A DNA stretch of 64,000 nucleotides from Chlorokybus atmophyticus (lineage: Eukaryota; Plantae; Mesostigma and Chlorokybus algae), in contig RHPI01003156.1 in assembly GCA_009103225.1 (NCBI GenBank), positions 926,159 through 990,158 of the forward strand. Reading direction: 5' to 3'. The notes under the pieces are model-generated. The model searched no databases. It was not told the origin of the DNA and saw nothing but the letters and a program-made list of their open reading frames with translations. The position numbers were made by a program, and so were the translations under genes. Below are positions 1 to 12,570 of the stretch, piece by piece (positions within the stretch are counted from its first letter, which is position 1; every line of letters begins with the position of its first letter).

Positions 1-1656
1 AGGTTGGTGGGTGCAGATAAACTCTAACCCTGTATGGAGAAGAAGCTGGCGCAGCAAACAAATGCAACAGCAATAGCACTGAGCTGAGGCCCAGATAAGG
101 CTGCATTTGGGGCTTGGTCTCTTGGAGCTGCGACCCAATGTCACTTCATTCACGCATGCTAGCCTCATTGAGCTGATCTCAGCTGACACTGTTTCGTGCA
201 TTGCTTGTTGCTCGCAAACATAGCTCGTCGCCAAAAACGGACAGGCAGCTTTGACTCTCTGTTTCAAACTTGGCACTGTAGACAACAGGCAAAGCACCTG
301 CACAAGCACTGACCTAGCTTAAAGAAGCGTGGCAGAAGTGTTATATATAGATCTCTGGCGTAGGCGTTGCCTGCAGCCGTGGCGACTGCAGCCTTCCATG
401 ACACGGCGGCGGACCAGCTAGGTAAGGCTCATTGAGCTGCCTACACAGCGATCCTGCCCATCTCCAGCAATGACCCCCGCACCTCGCTAGCCGCCCAAGC
501 GCGCGCACAGCGCCTAGCACCAGCTAGCCAGTCTGTCACGTCCTCCTCCGCCGCTCTGTCCGCCACCCTCACCACCTTCAACTCAGGGGACATGCACTTG
601 GTTCTAGCTCACGTTTGCATGTTCCGTCAAAGCCGACAAATTAAGCACAGCACGCTCACTCCGTCTAACTTCAACCGCGAACCCGCGATAATCTCACAAA
701 GCTTGTCGAACACCGTGTACATTCGCAGTCAACGGAACAACGGCGGCCGAATTGCATGGTTAGATGCGAGGTAAAGCTGCTTTTAACTTGGGCAAAGCAT
801 CCGAGCAGCGGGGTGGTCAATAAAACATATGACCTTGTGGTGAGCGTCGCTTCAAGACGACTCGCTTGCCAAGCAAGCAGTCTTCGAACCAGGACTAGGG
901 CGTCCGGTCATTGCTTTCACGGCATCACGTGGTGGTCGGCGCCGATAGCTCTTCTCGCGAGCCGGTAAGCTGGCGGTCGTAATGCAACATGTCATGTTCA
1001 TCCGCTGTTGGGATAACCAGCTGGCTCGGTGGTACCTTGTTGCACATGGTAATAAGAAGACGACGACGTTGCGCTGGGTGGGTGGGTGGGGCCGGTAGCT
1101 ATGATGTTGACCGAAGCTAGCCGCCGTACTACTGTCATGATTGCGTCTTGATTGCACGCGCATGTGTACAATATATATAGGATGCAGAGTGTGCTGTCGT
1201 AACCTGCGTGGCAGTAAGTACGTTCGTATGTAGTATAGTTCCCTTGTAAGGAAGTCTGCCAAGTGTAAATTTAATGGTATGTTATGTCTACTATTTCAAG
1301 CATTATCATAGGGTTAAACTTTGATCAGTCAACTGTTTAGGGATATTTTCCAGATATTAACATGTTCTGAGCAAGGCCCCAATACAACATACGGCATAAT
1401 GGTTGATTGGTCAATACCGTATCCAATTGAATACAACTGGTCGTGTTGTACAGGTAATTACACGTGCATGCATGTGTGTTGCACGGGGTATGGGCTGTAG
1501 TGAAGGTAAATAAGTAGTGAACTTGGACATCCCGGTGGTGAGTATAAGAGTGCGATGGTGTGGTGTGCGGACTGCATGCATGTTTGCTACATTCTCATGC
1601 ATGCCACAATCCTTGCATAATATATTATACAACTCGCCTTTATAAACTTAGCCCCC

Positions 1657-1933
1657 NNNNNNNNNNNNNNNNNNNNNNNNNNNNNNNNNNNNNNNNNNNN
1701 NNNNNNNNNNNNNNNNNNNNNNNNNNNNNNNNNNNNNNNNNNNNNNNNNNNNNNNNNNNNNNNNNNNNNNNNNNNNNNNNNNNNNNNNNNNNNNNNNNNN
1801 NNNNNNNNNNNNNNNNNNNNNNNNNNNNNNNNNNNNNNNNNNNNNNNNNNNNNNNNNNNNNNNNNNNNNNNNNNNNNNNNNNNNNNNNNNNNNNNNNNNN
1901 NNNNNNNNNNNNNNNNNNNNNNNNNNNNNNNNN
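1657..1933. other. Assembly gap (N run)
   Basis: 277 consecutive n; the ORFs that run through it are artefacts. Confidence 0.99.
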
Positions 1934-2678
1934 GAGTGGTTTCCCCCTTGCAAACATCAATCCAGAGGTTGTACTGGGGATGCATGCAAATGTAAGAGCT
2001 GCGCATGACGAACTGCAGTGTTTACTGGTGCCGCTGGTGTAAGCATATGCAAGTACCATAACAAAACCGCTAGCGACCTTCGCAGCACTGTAAAGCATTG
2101 CGCAGTGTGGCAAGGGCAGTTGATGTTAGTGAACGGTAAGCGGCAAGATAGCAAGTTAATGTTAGACAAGTACAGCAAAGGCAATGCGCTAGGCCCCTCA
2201 GTCGCACGCCAAGCAAGAAGCGGCTAAGCAAGACCAGCAGCTGCTCCTCACCTAACGCAGCAGCGCCACAGGTAGCGAACTGCCAAAGCAAGGGCAGAGC
2301 GCTACTGTGGTGCTTCCGGAGTCTTACGTCGTCAGAGTCTGCAATCCTGCGCGCGCTCTCGGCTTTGCAGTAGTGAGTAGTGGGTGGTCAATAGCAACAG
2401 CAGCAAGCATGTCATGTGCAAGAGTGTTTGGCATTTCGCAAGTTGCAGGAAATCACATTACAATCGAAATGGGAAGAGCTGAGGGATTGCGAATTGGCGA
2501 CTTAAAAAGCATTGCATGTGAATTATAATCAACTACTAGTAATCCAAGACAGCCAGCTGGAGTAAGATCATCATGATTACAGTGCTGGCAAATGGGAGCG
2601 AATGCTACACAGACCCAACGTACTATATACAGCAAGGCCTGGTGTTCAGCCACACTGCAGTGGCAGCAAGCAATGCTT

Positions 2679-5239
2679 CTAAAGTTCGGACGGCAAGTCG
2701 CCAGATTCCCCTGCACTGACTGCAATCAACTGCTCAACAACTGACTTGTAATCCTCTGGACAAAGCTGGCGCGATCGCGTGAAGCATTCCTCCGCTTCCT
2801 GACAAACAAAACCCAAGATGCACTCACAGAGGTCATGCGCAGGCAAGGTCCCTGCAGCAACTCCATAAAGATGCATGCTTAGTAATGAGTTTGAAGTACC
2901 TGCAGGTCTCCAGCCAAAGTATATACAAAGCCCTTAGAGAGGTGGGGTCGGAAGTCGTCTGGCAGCGAATGGATTATGTCATCGTATTGTTGCAAAGCGC
3001 CACCAACATCTCCACGAGCAACAAGAACCTGTTACCAACAGAAGCAGCATGACAGGTGAGTGAGCAGCAGGTCCAAGCGCTACCCACAGCTGCACCTGCA
3101 AGTATAGAGCACTTGCCTGGCCTAACACCAACTTGATCCCTGCAATAGCTTCTTTGCGGTCTTGCCTTGAGCGATGACTGTCACTCTCAGCTGTCTGTAA
3201 AGCTTCCCGCAGCAAGTCTACAGCCGCGTTACCCTCATTCTCATGCTGCATTATTGCAGTAAGCCCCTGCATGTAACATAGGCCCAATGTGACAGACAGT
3301 GACAACACTTGAAAACCCCTCATTCTTGCTGCATTGTTGCAGTAAGCCGCTGCATGTAACATGGGTGCGATATGACAGACAGCAACGGCAGCACTTGAAG
3401 CCCCACCATGTGTCAGGCGACACAACCAAGACCATCGACTGACCTGAAGTGCAACTGTGTTGTACGGGTCAACTTTAAGCACTTTTTGATATGTTGTGCG
3501 CGCAGCGGCCAAGTCATCCATGGACACCTATACAAACAACGGAAGCTGTAGTGAGCAGCCGCGCTTTTCACTCAATCACCATCGCCATCTGTCAACCACT
3601 ATTGGGCAGGCAGTGAGAAATATGGCAACATAGGAAAACGTGTAAACCCATCTCATGCACCTGTGCTTGGCCCAGCAACAACTGTAGCTCAAGGTCAGCA
3701 GGGCAGAGCTTGATTAACTTGTTCAGGGGGTCTAGCGCCTCCTTTGCCCCACCACGTGCAAGGCGACTCTGCATGTCACATGAAGGCATGAGAAGCTGCC
3801 GACATGTCTCGTCTGCTTGCAATGCAATAGCAGCATGCATATCACAGTCCAGGTCTGTAAGTAGACACCCACCTGTAGCAATGATCGCAGAGCTGCCTCG
3901 TTCTTTGGGTCACTGCGCAGCGTCTAACACAGCCTCAACTCAGTTCCAAGAATTCCTTACAGTCAACACCAACAGCATGATACTGACATCGCACCAGACC
4001 TGCGCCTATAACTGAACACGGTCACACTCACATATGCAATGAGCCTAGTCAGTGTGTGCAAAGTCCACATAAAACCTAATCAACAACGCTTGCAGATGAA
4101 CACCACATCCGCTGGTAGCCTCTGCTTGCTCGGCATTGTTAAGGTAAAGAGTGCGACCAGCGCTTTGCAGTGTCAAACTGTTGTACCTGCTTTTTCTCAA
4201 CTGGAACAACCATACTGAGCACATAGCTTTCAATCAAGTTTGACGACAGTTGCATGTACAGCCATGTAGTGCCACAAGCACCATTGGCAGCATATATGGC
4301 ATGGTGCATGTGCAACTAGCAGGAATCAGTCCCACCTTCAGCAGCAAATTTTCGTCTGCACCCTCCGTGCCGGTTGAAGCTTGGCTGGGTGCTCCTGTTG
4401 CCACAAATGCTGCTGCAGGAGGCACTGCAGCTGTTGGTAAAGGCACCGGCCTACTGGACCAAAGGAAGCCAGCTACACCAGCACCTGCTTGCGAACAACC
4501 AAAATAGCAGTGCAGTTTGCCTCAGCAGGTTTGGATTTTCATCTGTGCAAAGAAACAAATGACAAGCATTTATGTATCACCAGGACATCAATGCAAAGTG
4601 GTCATGCGTGTGCATGGCAGCATTGCGCAGATGAGGTAGGCATTTTGTCCCGACAGTGCGCCATCACAAGGAATGCATGCATGACATGCAATGGTGTGCA
4701 TTGCTTGCTGAGATAACTCAGCGACTTCATGCATTACAGGTTTTGCAATGGTGTAGTGAGCATGCACAATGGGCAGCAAGAACAGCACTCTGACCTGCTA
4801 GCAAAAGGACGCCAAGCAACGACTTGTGCCTCTGAAGAAAACCCCAAAGACCCCTTTGCTGCTCGGGCAAGGAGCCTTCACTAACATAGGCGGCGGCGCA
4901 GTCAGCTGCAGGAGAGGATGAGGAGAAGCCGGAAGAAGACGCTGAGGCGGCGGCGTCCGTCGTCCTGTCGTCGGCAGAGCCGCCGCCGGCAGCACTGCAC
5001 CTGACAGTGCGCGTCCTGGCTGGTTTCTTCCTAGTGCATGATGATGACGATGACAACGACGACGACGACAACGACGAGAAGGAGCTGGAAGGGCGCCTCG
5101 TCAGCCGCAGCTCTGCTTTACTGCAGCCGTTCCGTGCTAAGCTCAACGCCGCCGCAGGGGCGGTAGCTGTAGAGGCGGTTGCAGCTAACCCTCTAGCTGC
5201 TACCGCTCTTGAACAGGGGTAAGCAGCAGCCTCCATCAT
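2679..5239 (-). CDS. Multi-exon plastid-targeted TPR-repeat protein
   Basis: Exon 1 encodes a Ser/Ala/Arg-rich transit-peptide-like N-terminus plus a hydrophobic segment (SLLGVLLLA). Downstream exons read as TPRs: AKEALDPLNKLIKLCPADLELQLLLGQA, LAAARTTYQKVLKVDPYNTVALQ, KLVLGQ|VLVARGDVGGALQQYDDIIHSLPDDFRPHLSKG and EAEECFTRSRQLCPEDYK...SEL*. Middle exon boundaries were not all resolved. Confidence 0.8.
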
Positions 5240-5853
5240 GCTCACTCACTGCATGCCCCAAAACTCCAAACCACCTCACAATTTTTCCAACCTTCCTTCC
5301 CGTCAATCACAGCAACAAACCCTGCTCCTGCACGACAACCTAGCTCGTTCACCCGCTCCTCCTGGTCCTTCTGCTCACCGCCGCCGCCACCGCTCCTGCC
5401 GGCTCACCAGGGCTACGACAACCGCGGTCTGGCTGCAACACAGTTCGCGCGGCATGTGCGAAAACAATAAACGAAAATTGCAACACGAGCTTGCTTCAAG
5501 GCGCGACTGTCCACCGTGGCAGATCTCCTCCTGTTGCGTGAGCTTGTCGGTTGGCACCCTACTTCCTGTTCATCATAAACAGTTTATGCATGCGACGGTC
5601 GAAATCAGACCTTGCTGTGCTTCAACCCCCGTTGCAGCGGTGGCGTGCGGAATGCGGCAATTGGATGCCAGTCTTTGCATGTTCATGCTGGATCACCCGC
5701 TGGGTTCCTCGTTTGGGGAGGATCTCGCTGATTTCCGCGATCAGCCCACAAGCACGGGGATATCCGAATTGTAACCGTATGATTCATCAATTATTATCGG
5801 AGAATGCCATGACAAGATTAGGCGCAGTCAACTCAAAATGGACACACCGTTTA

Positions 5854-7067
5854 CCCGTTCATAGTGCCCCCCTTCTACATAATGCCCCCTCATATTTAGG
5901 GGAGGGGNGCCCTTGGGCTCGTGCATGTGAGGCACCTTGTCACGATGGCGACGATGCGGCAATTTAAGCGGCCCAGCAGGAGTGGGGCTACATCCATCAG
6001 CGCCGGCCTCCTCATAGTAAATGTGGAGGAAGAAATGGAGGTGACAGAGCCGTGCTGGAGCGGTACAGCGGTTGTAACGGGAAGGTACATCATTACCACA
6101 AATCGAGCATAAAAGCACCGAGTCTTTTGTGGTAGAGTGGGCTGTGACATTGGTCACCGGAGCTTGAGACCCGGGTTCGATTCCTGTCTTACACACGATT
6201 TCTGTGGTCGTTGTTTCTCGATCCAATAACATCGTAAATGGTCACTTTATAAGTGCCATCATCGATGGGTCGCGACTTGCCTAATGGCAGTCGCGCCGAA
6301 CTGACCAGTTCAGTCGGCGCGGCAGGGCGCGACCTGCCTATTTGCGGCGACACGATGTGGGGCCGGCAGCGGTGCGCTATGCGCGCGTTGATCGGAATTG
6401 GCCTAAATTAGCCGGTCCTTGAGTGGTGGGGCCGGTAACCGACCCTAAATCAGACCCTTGGGATAATTCCCCAGCTGATGGGCGCCAGCTGCCGAGGACG
6501 TCAGCGTTCTTAAGTGGGGGGGAATGCAACGGGAAGGTACATTAAAATTACCACAAATCGACCATTAAAGCACCAAGTTTTTTGTGGTCGAGTGGGCTGT
6601 GACAACTATCGCAATGGTACAAAAGTTGATGGCACTATCGTACCATTACGATAGTACGACGGTGCCATTATTTGGTACGATGATTGCATGTACTGATTTG
6701 ACGGCATTGCTCGCTAACAGATAGGGACGGTCAGTAATTTGCTTGATTTGTTACGTATGTCGCGCCGCGCTGAGTGGACAACCGGCGGGGGGGGGGGGTA
6801 ATTGTATTAAGAGGGCACTCTATTTGGAAGGGGGCATTATATTCAATCGAGATTACGCTGACTGTACGCAATGAAATCCGTTTATAGATGTTTCAGTTTA
6901 TTGACTGAAACATCCGTGATATAATCGTAACTCTGATGTAACTTATTGTAGTTCATGCGTAATCTTACAATGTGAGGGCCCTGCATACGAGAAGGGGGCA
7001 TACCAATAGTGTGCCCCCTTAAACATTCAAGGGGGGTAACTGTGATAGGGGGGCCATTGTGAACGGA
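5854..7067. mobile_element. Non-autonomous TIR element (MITE-like, TA-flanked, Tc1/mariner-type ends)
   Basis: Left end ta|cccgttcatagtgcccccc versus reverse complement of right end ta|tccgttcacaatggcccccc. Inverted subterminal motifs occur inside (taatgccccc 5880 / gggggcatta 6831; agtgcccccc / agagggcact). No ORF. It is interrupted by the 880-bp duplicate. Confidence 0.5.
5909..6788 (+). repeat. 880-bp direct repeat, copy 1 (apparently identical to 7948-8827)
   Basis: Offset 2039; no differences seen by eye. It starts right after a single n (5908) and ends at a G homopolymer. Confidence 0.95.
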
Positions 7068-7947
7068 TATACATTAATTGTCACTTTAAAACGCCCTACT
7101 CGAGTTTCTTAATTTTGCAGTTGCTGTGTTTTCTCTGTACCATACATGCGCAAGATTGCATGTGCTCTATGTGTGTATGCAAGTGTGTTAGTTAGAAGCT
7201 GACGCCAGCCTTGTTCCGCACCGTCCAACCTTGCATAGCACATGGCCCAACCCTTACCTCTTGCTGTTGATTGGTTGTTGGCCATGACTTAAGTGTGTGC
7301 TTGGTGTTGTTGAATCGCTGTGTCTATACCTACTTGGTTTTTATTTCTATACCCCGTACATCAATTTGTCAAACTGACGTCGAGCAACAGCTATACGTAA
7401 CAATAAGCCCTCATATAAGCGTTAAACAAGCATTAGCTATTCACTATCAATGCATTTGCGATAAAGTTTGCGATGCATGAATCTGGATATCAACACGTGG
7501 AAATGTATTTTCAAGCAAACGAAAATGGGTGTAGTCATTTTGCAGTGTATTCGCTTTTTGCGTTTGTCGACCTTTGTGGTTGACATGGTGGCTTTACTTA
7601 CAGCTATGCAGCAACAGGGATATGCAAAGCATGCACTACTTGACAAGAGGAATGTCCTGTGACGGGGACAACAAGTATTTGTACAAGCTAGTGAGCGCCA
7701 AGCTGAATGCTGCTACGACACTTCAGACTATGACAAACATGCAAGTGGAGGTGAGTGCCGAGGTAAGAAGTGCGTGGAGCAAAATAGAACTGCCCGCATG
7801 TATGTCGTGGTTAAGCATTTGCACTTGCTGGTGTTGTGCTGATAGCCGTCGTGCCTACTGGTGCTCGATATCCACTCGTAAATGTGAATTCTGAGTCCTA
7901 CTTCTCGAGCATGAAGATAAACACACTTCTCATGCCTTAGACTATGC

Positions 7948-8827
7948 GCCCTTGGGCTCGTGCATGTGAGGCACCTTGTCACGATGGCGACGATGCGGCA
8001 ATTTAAGCGGCCCAGCAGGAGTGGGGCTACATCCATCAGCGCCGGCCTCCTCATAGTAAATGTGGAGGAAGAAATGGAGGTGACAGAGCCGTGCTGGAGC
8101 GGTACAGCGGTTGTAACGGGAAGGTACATCATTACCACAAATCGAGCATAAAAGCACCGAGTCTTTTGTGGTAGAGTGGGCTGTGACATTGGTCACCGGA
8201 GCTTGAGACCCGGGTTCGATTCCTGTCTTACACACGATTTCTGTGGTCGTTGTTTCTCGATCCAATAACATCGTAAATGGTCACTTTATAAGTGCCATCA
8301 TCGATGGGTCGCGACTTGCCTAATGGCAGTCGCGCCGAACTGACCAGTTCAGTCGGCGCGGCAGGGCGCGACCTGCCTATTTGCGGCGACACGATGTGGG
8401 GCCGGCAGCGGTGCGCTATGCGCGCGTTGATCGGAATTGGCCTAAATTAGCCGGTCCTTGAGTGGTGGGGCCGGTAACCGACCCTAAATCAGACCCTTGG
8501 GATAATTCCCCAGCTGATGGGCGCCAGCTGCCGAGGACGTCAGCGTTCTTAAGTGGGGGGGAATGCAACGGGAAGGTACATTAAAATTACCACAAATCGA
8601 CCATTAAAGCACCAAGTTTTTTGTGGTCGAGTGGGCTGTGACAACTATCGCAATGGTACAAAAGTTGATGGCACTATCGTACCATTACGATAGTACGACG
8701 GTGCCATTATTTGGTACGATGATTGCATGTACTGATTTGACGGCATTGCTCGCTAACAGATAGGGACGGTCAGTAATTTGCTTGATTTGTTACGTATGTC
8801 GCGCCGCGCTGAGTGGACAACCGGCGG
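7948..8827 (+). repeat. 880-bp direct repeat, copy 2 (probably the native copy)
   Basis: Same sequence as 5909-6788. A degenerate reading frame (AVVPTGARYPLV...MP*TMRPWARACEAPCH) runs across its left boundary. Confidence 0.95.
8162..8233 (+). pseudogene. tRNA-derived sequence (Asp-like; SINE head or tRNA pseudogene); duplicate at 6123-6194
   Basis: A-box TGGTAGAGTGG (8169) and B-box GGTTCGATTCC (8213) are 44 nt apart, as in tRNA. GTCAC...GAGACCCGGGTTCGATTCC resembles tRNA-Asp. The acceptor and anticodon stems do not pair. Confidence 0.55.
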
Positions 8828-9233
8828 TCGAACGTCAATTACATCACGCAATGAGGTCATGTAGTAGGGCTTGACGGTGACTGGTTTGCCACAATGGGCA
8901 GGCCACCGTGCACACTTTATAACGGTTATACGGCCAACGGTCCGCCGTCACTGTACATGATGGAAAGGTGATAAGTTACTATAATATATACGTTCTTATC
9001 GCGCAAAGTGGACGACCAGCGATTGGCAGTCACTTGAAGATACCGCGAAGTCACTTGATTGCCATCACAGGCAGGCAACCGTCGTGTTTACCTATCGGTT
9101 GGTCGCTGACCGTCATTAACTATCAGTAAATAGCAACGGCCGTCCTCAAAGTCCCTTCATATACCAATCCGCTAGGGTTAGACACCCGACGATTCCTCAG
9201 TCCCAGATCAGTCACCATGTAAAATTTGCGACG
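8640..9233 (-). mobile_element. Inverted relative of the left end of the 11014-25228 element (non-autonomous or truncated)
   Basis: Reverse complement of 9196-9233 (cgtcgcaaattttacatggtgactgatctgggactgagg) aligns to 11014-11052 (cgtcgcaaatttcacacagtgactgactaaggactgagg). Further blocks match (attgg..tatg..ggact...gacggccgt), and reverse complement of 8700-8735 matches 12704-12740. Confidence 0.6.
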
Positions 9234-11449
9234 TCTTGTGAATAACTGTACATGTGCAAATGTGCATGTTTAGACCTTGTGCTCCCTGTGCATGGGAAAT
9301 GGTGCTTGCTGTATGTTCAAGACCCGGCCGTGCCTTATATGTGAAAATAAATCTGGCCCAGCACAGCTTGCTCCATTACAATCTATGAAAGTGAGGAAGT
9401 GTGCGAATAGGCAATGATGGATTTTGGCACAATGGTTGTTCCACTAGTAGTTGTGAAGCTTACTAAAAGCACTGAATGCATATCATGCACTCACAATACA
9501 ATGATCCCGTGAAGGTGCACAGGACGAATGACTCGAAATTGGTGCTAAGTTACTTTCAATGCTCTTTGCATGCAGCTTGACTGTAGTACCGCAAGTAGCG
9601 CATGCACAATACCGTACAAGTTACGATTGTGGAGAGAACACGTCCGGCTTTGGATGGCGTAGTAGCATTGGGTTGGCCGCATTGTATGCGAGATGACGGC
9701 AGGCTTCGCAAAAGGCATGCACTATGTTCACAACATCAACACACTCTCACAACGCTCATTCAAATCAGGAACAACTTGCTATTGCACAAGAGTTCAAGCT
9801 GTATCAACTCTTAAGCAACTGACCACAAGGTATGGGAAAAGCTAAGAGTCAACAATGTATTGCCAGTGAACGAGAAAGAGAGAGAAACTTGCATTACCAA
9901 CTGACTAGTTGAGAATGCTAGCTAGGTAGGTTCTATTACTATGTAGTCGCAATAATTGTAATTGCTGTAACCGTCCGTCTTTTAAACATCCGGTTCGCTA
10001 ATTTGCATGCCATGCCAGTGGGACGCTATCGAATCTTCTACGTCGTTGATGATGGCTGCAGTCGATGGTGATGTGGATCTGGTTTCAACACTACATCACG
10101 CTAGCTGAGGTGGCGGTCTTTTAAGGCAGGGTTTGCTTTGGCTGCACATGGTCGTGCATGGTGTCGGGGGCGAGCAGTTCTAACGCGTATGAGCTCGTGA
10201 AAGAGGAGCTGAGGCGTTGGCCCAGGCGTTAGTATTATGTCCGGCCTGGTGTAGGCGCGGCGAGGGAGGCTTTAGCAGCTAGCGTGACCGTAGTGCCTCG
10301 TCAGTACGTATGACCTAAGCGCGGGGAGGTGCCTGCAGTGAGTGCAAGCCGCATTGGGCATGAAAGGGAGCTCAACCCCTTGTGTGTGAGTGGTTTGGTA
10401 GCCCCGTTAATGAGTGACAAACTATGGGCAGGGCATGATCCGCCCGCCATGTCCTCTTGTGTACTGGACCCCTCTCGTAGGCGTGGCCACCACGTTCAAC
10501 AACACATGTACCTAAAGTGGTTAGTGTGTGGGCTGTGATATAAAGTGTCAATGCCCATTGACTAACACAGCGTGTAGGGAGGACTTTAATGGGCTTGATC
10601 CCCGTGGACTCATAAATCCTCCTCTGCTTTGGTTGGAGGGTGCGAAGCGGCAATGGTGTCCTACTCCCAAGGTATCCTTTGCTGGTTGTCCATTCCCTTA
10701 AACCTGTTCGTACAACTGTCGCGACCGACTCAAGGTCTTTCCATGGAAGCTCCGCTTGTGGTGTGGACAGAGGTGATGCTGGCGAGGTTGCCTTGCCACC
10801 CTACGTTCTGCCAGCTGTTGGCGGTGTGATCCGCTTCGTAGTCATAAGAGCGTCACGGACTGGTAATGGCACAGCCTCCCTCGTCTTGCATGGGTGTTCA
10901 TGCACTTAAATATACATGTATACGCATAGCACCCTCTACTTGTATGAAGTAACCCCCATTGATTCGTGAATGCTTGTAGTCCTGCAGACATGCTGCAGAG
11001 TACGATATTACATCGTCGCAAATTTCACACAGTGACTGACTAAGGACTGAGGGACTGACGGGTGCTTAAGCATGCCTAAGCCTGCCTGCCGCTGCCTGAC
11101 ATGTTACTTTTTGACTGTTGGGTTTGTCATTGGCTTATGTGGACTGACGCAGACGGCCGTGGGCCGAAAGTGGTTGTCAGTGGCACTGACCGGCCGAGAG
11201 TTGTCAACCATTTACCCTTTGGTCGATGTGCACAGACGGCCGTTAACTAGTAGTCACGAGCAGCTGACAGCAATAGCCGGCAGTTTCCTTGTCGCTACAC
11301 TGCTGTTAATATGTGACCCTTACCGTTTGACAAAAGTTGGCAATTATTGCCGTAAGCCAACACCAACATGCCATGCAGCTTGTACAACCTTGAATTAATT
11401 GTTTGGTATTGCAACCATAAGCCCACAATATATACAACGTATCGGTAGT

Positions 11450-12570
11450 AATGAGAGTATGTCCACTTGAGCAACCGACTTGCGCATGAAACTACCTGCA
11501 ACATTGAGTCTAGCTGTCGCACTCATGTGTAGCTTGTCAACCCGTGGTGCCTGCCACGGAATTCCTCCTCAACCCCCTCCTCCTGTTCTCCCTCCAACAA
11601 ATCTTTTGCTTCAACAGCGGAGTCATCTTCATTTGCTGCCTCGCTCGCTGATAATACAGCGGCTACTTCGTTCTTCAGCTTGAATGTCAGCACCTCACCG
11701 TGCACGCGCATGCGCTTGGTGGTCGCTTTGAGTGACCACCTGCATTTGGTAATGCTGTAGGAGTGGCGTGCTGCCAGAGGACTAGCCCATCAGCATACAC
11801 ATGCTTACCTTGTCTTCCGCTTTGTTGCACTCCGCTTGGCAGACGGTCAGCCTGCCGCGCTGCTCTTGGTTCTCTCTAACCAACATGGCAATCTGCAAGC
11901 ATACTGATTAATTGCCGCTGCAAACATTAATCTAGGTCACGGATCTAGGACCCGTTCGTGGTACTCCGCATCTTTTCATTTGCGACTTGTGAGCTCCCGC
12001 AAGTAGATATAGGCTGTGCATTTGCGAGATTGGTCAACGTGTTCATGTGCATGACACTAGAGGCTGTGCATGAGGCTGTGCATGTGGTATTGATAGTGTA
12101 TGTCATGTGCAAGATACTTGAGGCTGTGCATGTGCAAGACAAAAGAACCCTAGCATGTGGCATTGACAGTGCATCGTAACCCACCTTGGTTATGCCTGTC
12201 TTGTTTGGTCCCTTCAATCATGTCGCCGTGGTCGCAGCTGCTGGTGGGTCGGATGTTCTTAAAGGCAATATTGTGGTGTGCCTTTGCCCACTCGGAGGGG
12301 GAGCCCTGTAAGTTATCGCCCAAGTCAGTGTTGACATTGGCTGTGTCCTTGGTAGGCATGGTGGGGTTTGACACCAAGGACACCCCACCGGCACCTTGCC
12401 CGCCCTGTGCGAACATGGGCTTCATCCCGGACCTCGACCACAACGCCCACTACGCCCCTGGGAGCGCCAACGATCCACCAAACGCCACATTCCCTCGGCA
12501 TCACCGCCTTGTAAGGGCATAGCTTGGCGGAGCCATCTATGGTGTTTTCATGCGCAGGGATTGGCATTGC
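11450..12570 (-). pseudogene. Degenerate multi-exon ORF divergent from the transposase, function unknown
   Basis: Coding-like frames (MAPPSYALTRR*CRG...GA*WALWSRSGMKP...; acidic EAANEDDSAVEAKDLLEGEQEEGVEEE) with TGA/TAG interruptions and GT donors. No family recognised. Confidence 0.3.

Noticed and set aside
630-780. U1 snRNA-like spacing on the minus strand (ttacct ... aatttgt)
   Set aside because: The 5' ACTTACCTG is imperfect, and the U1-70K (GATCA) and U1A (ATTGCAC) loops are absent.
5909-8827. LTR retrotransposon or TRIM interpretation of the direct repeats
   Set aside because: No TG/CA termini, TSD, PBS, PPT or gag/pol, and one boundary coincides with an n.
12170-12212. KQDRHNQGGLRCTV looks like the TET/JBP HxDxxN motif, tempting because fungal Plavaka elements are TET/JBP-linked
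   Set aside because: The metal-binding His is Lys, the match runs over a likely splice donor, and no distal His/Arg motif was found.
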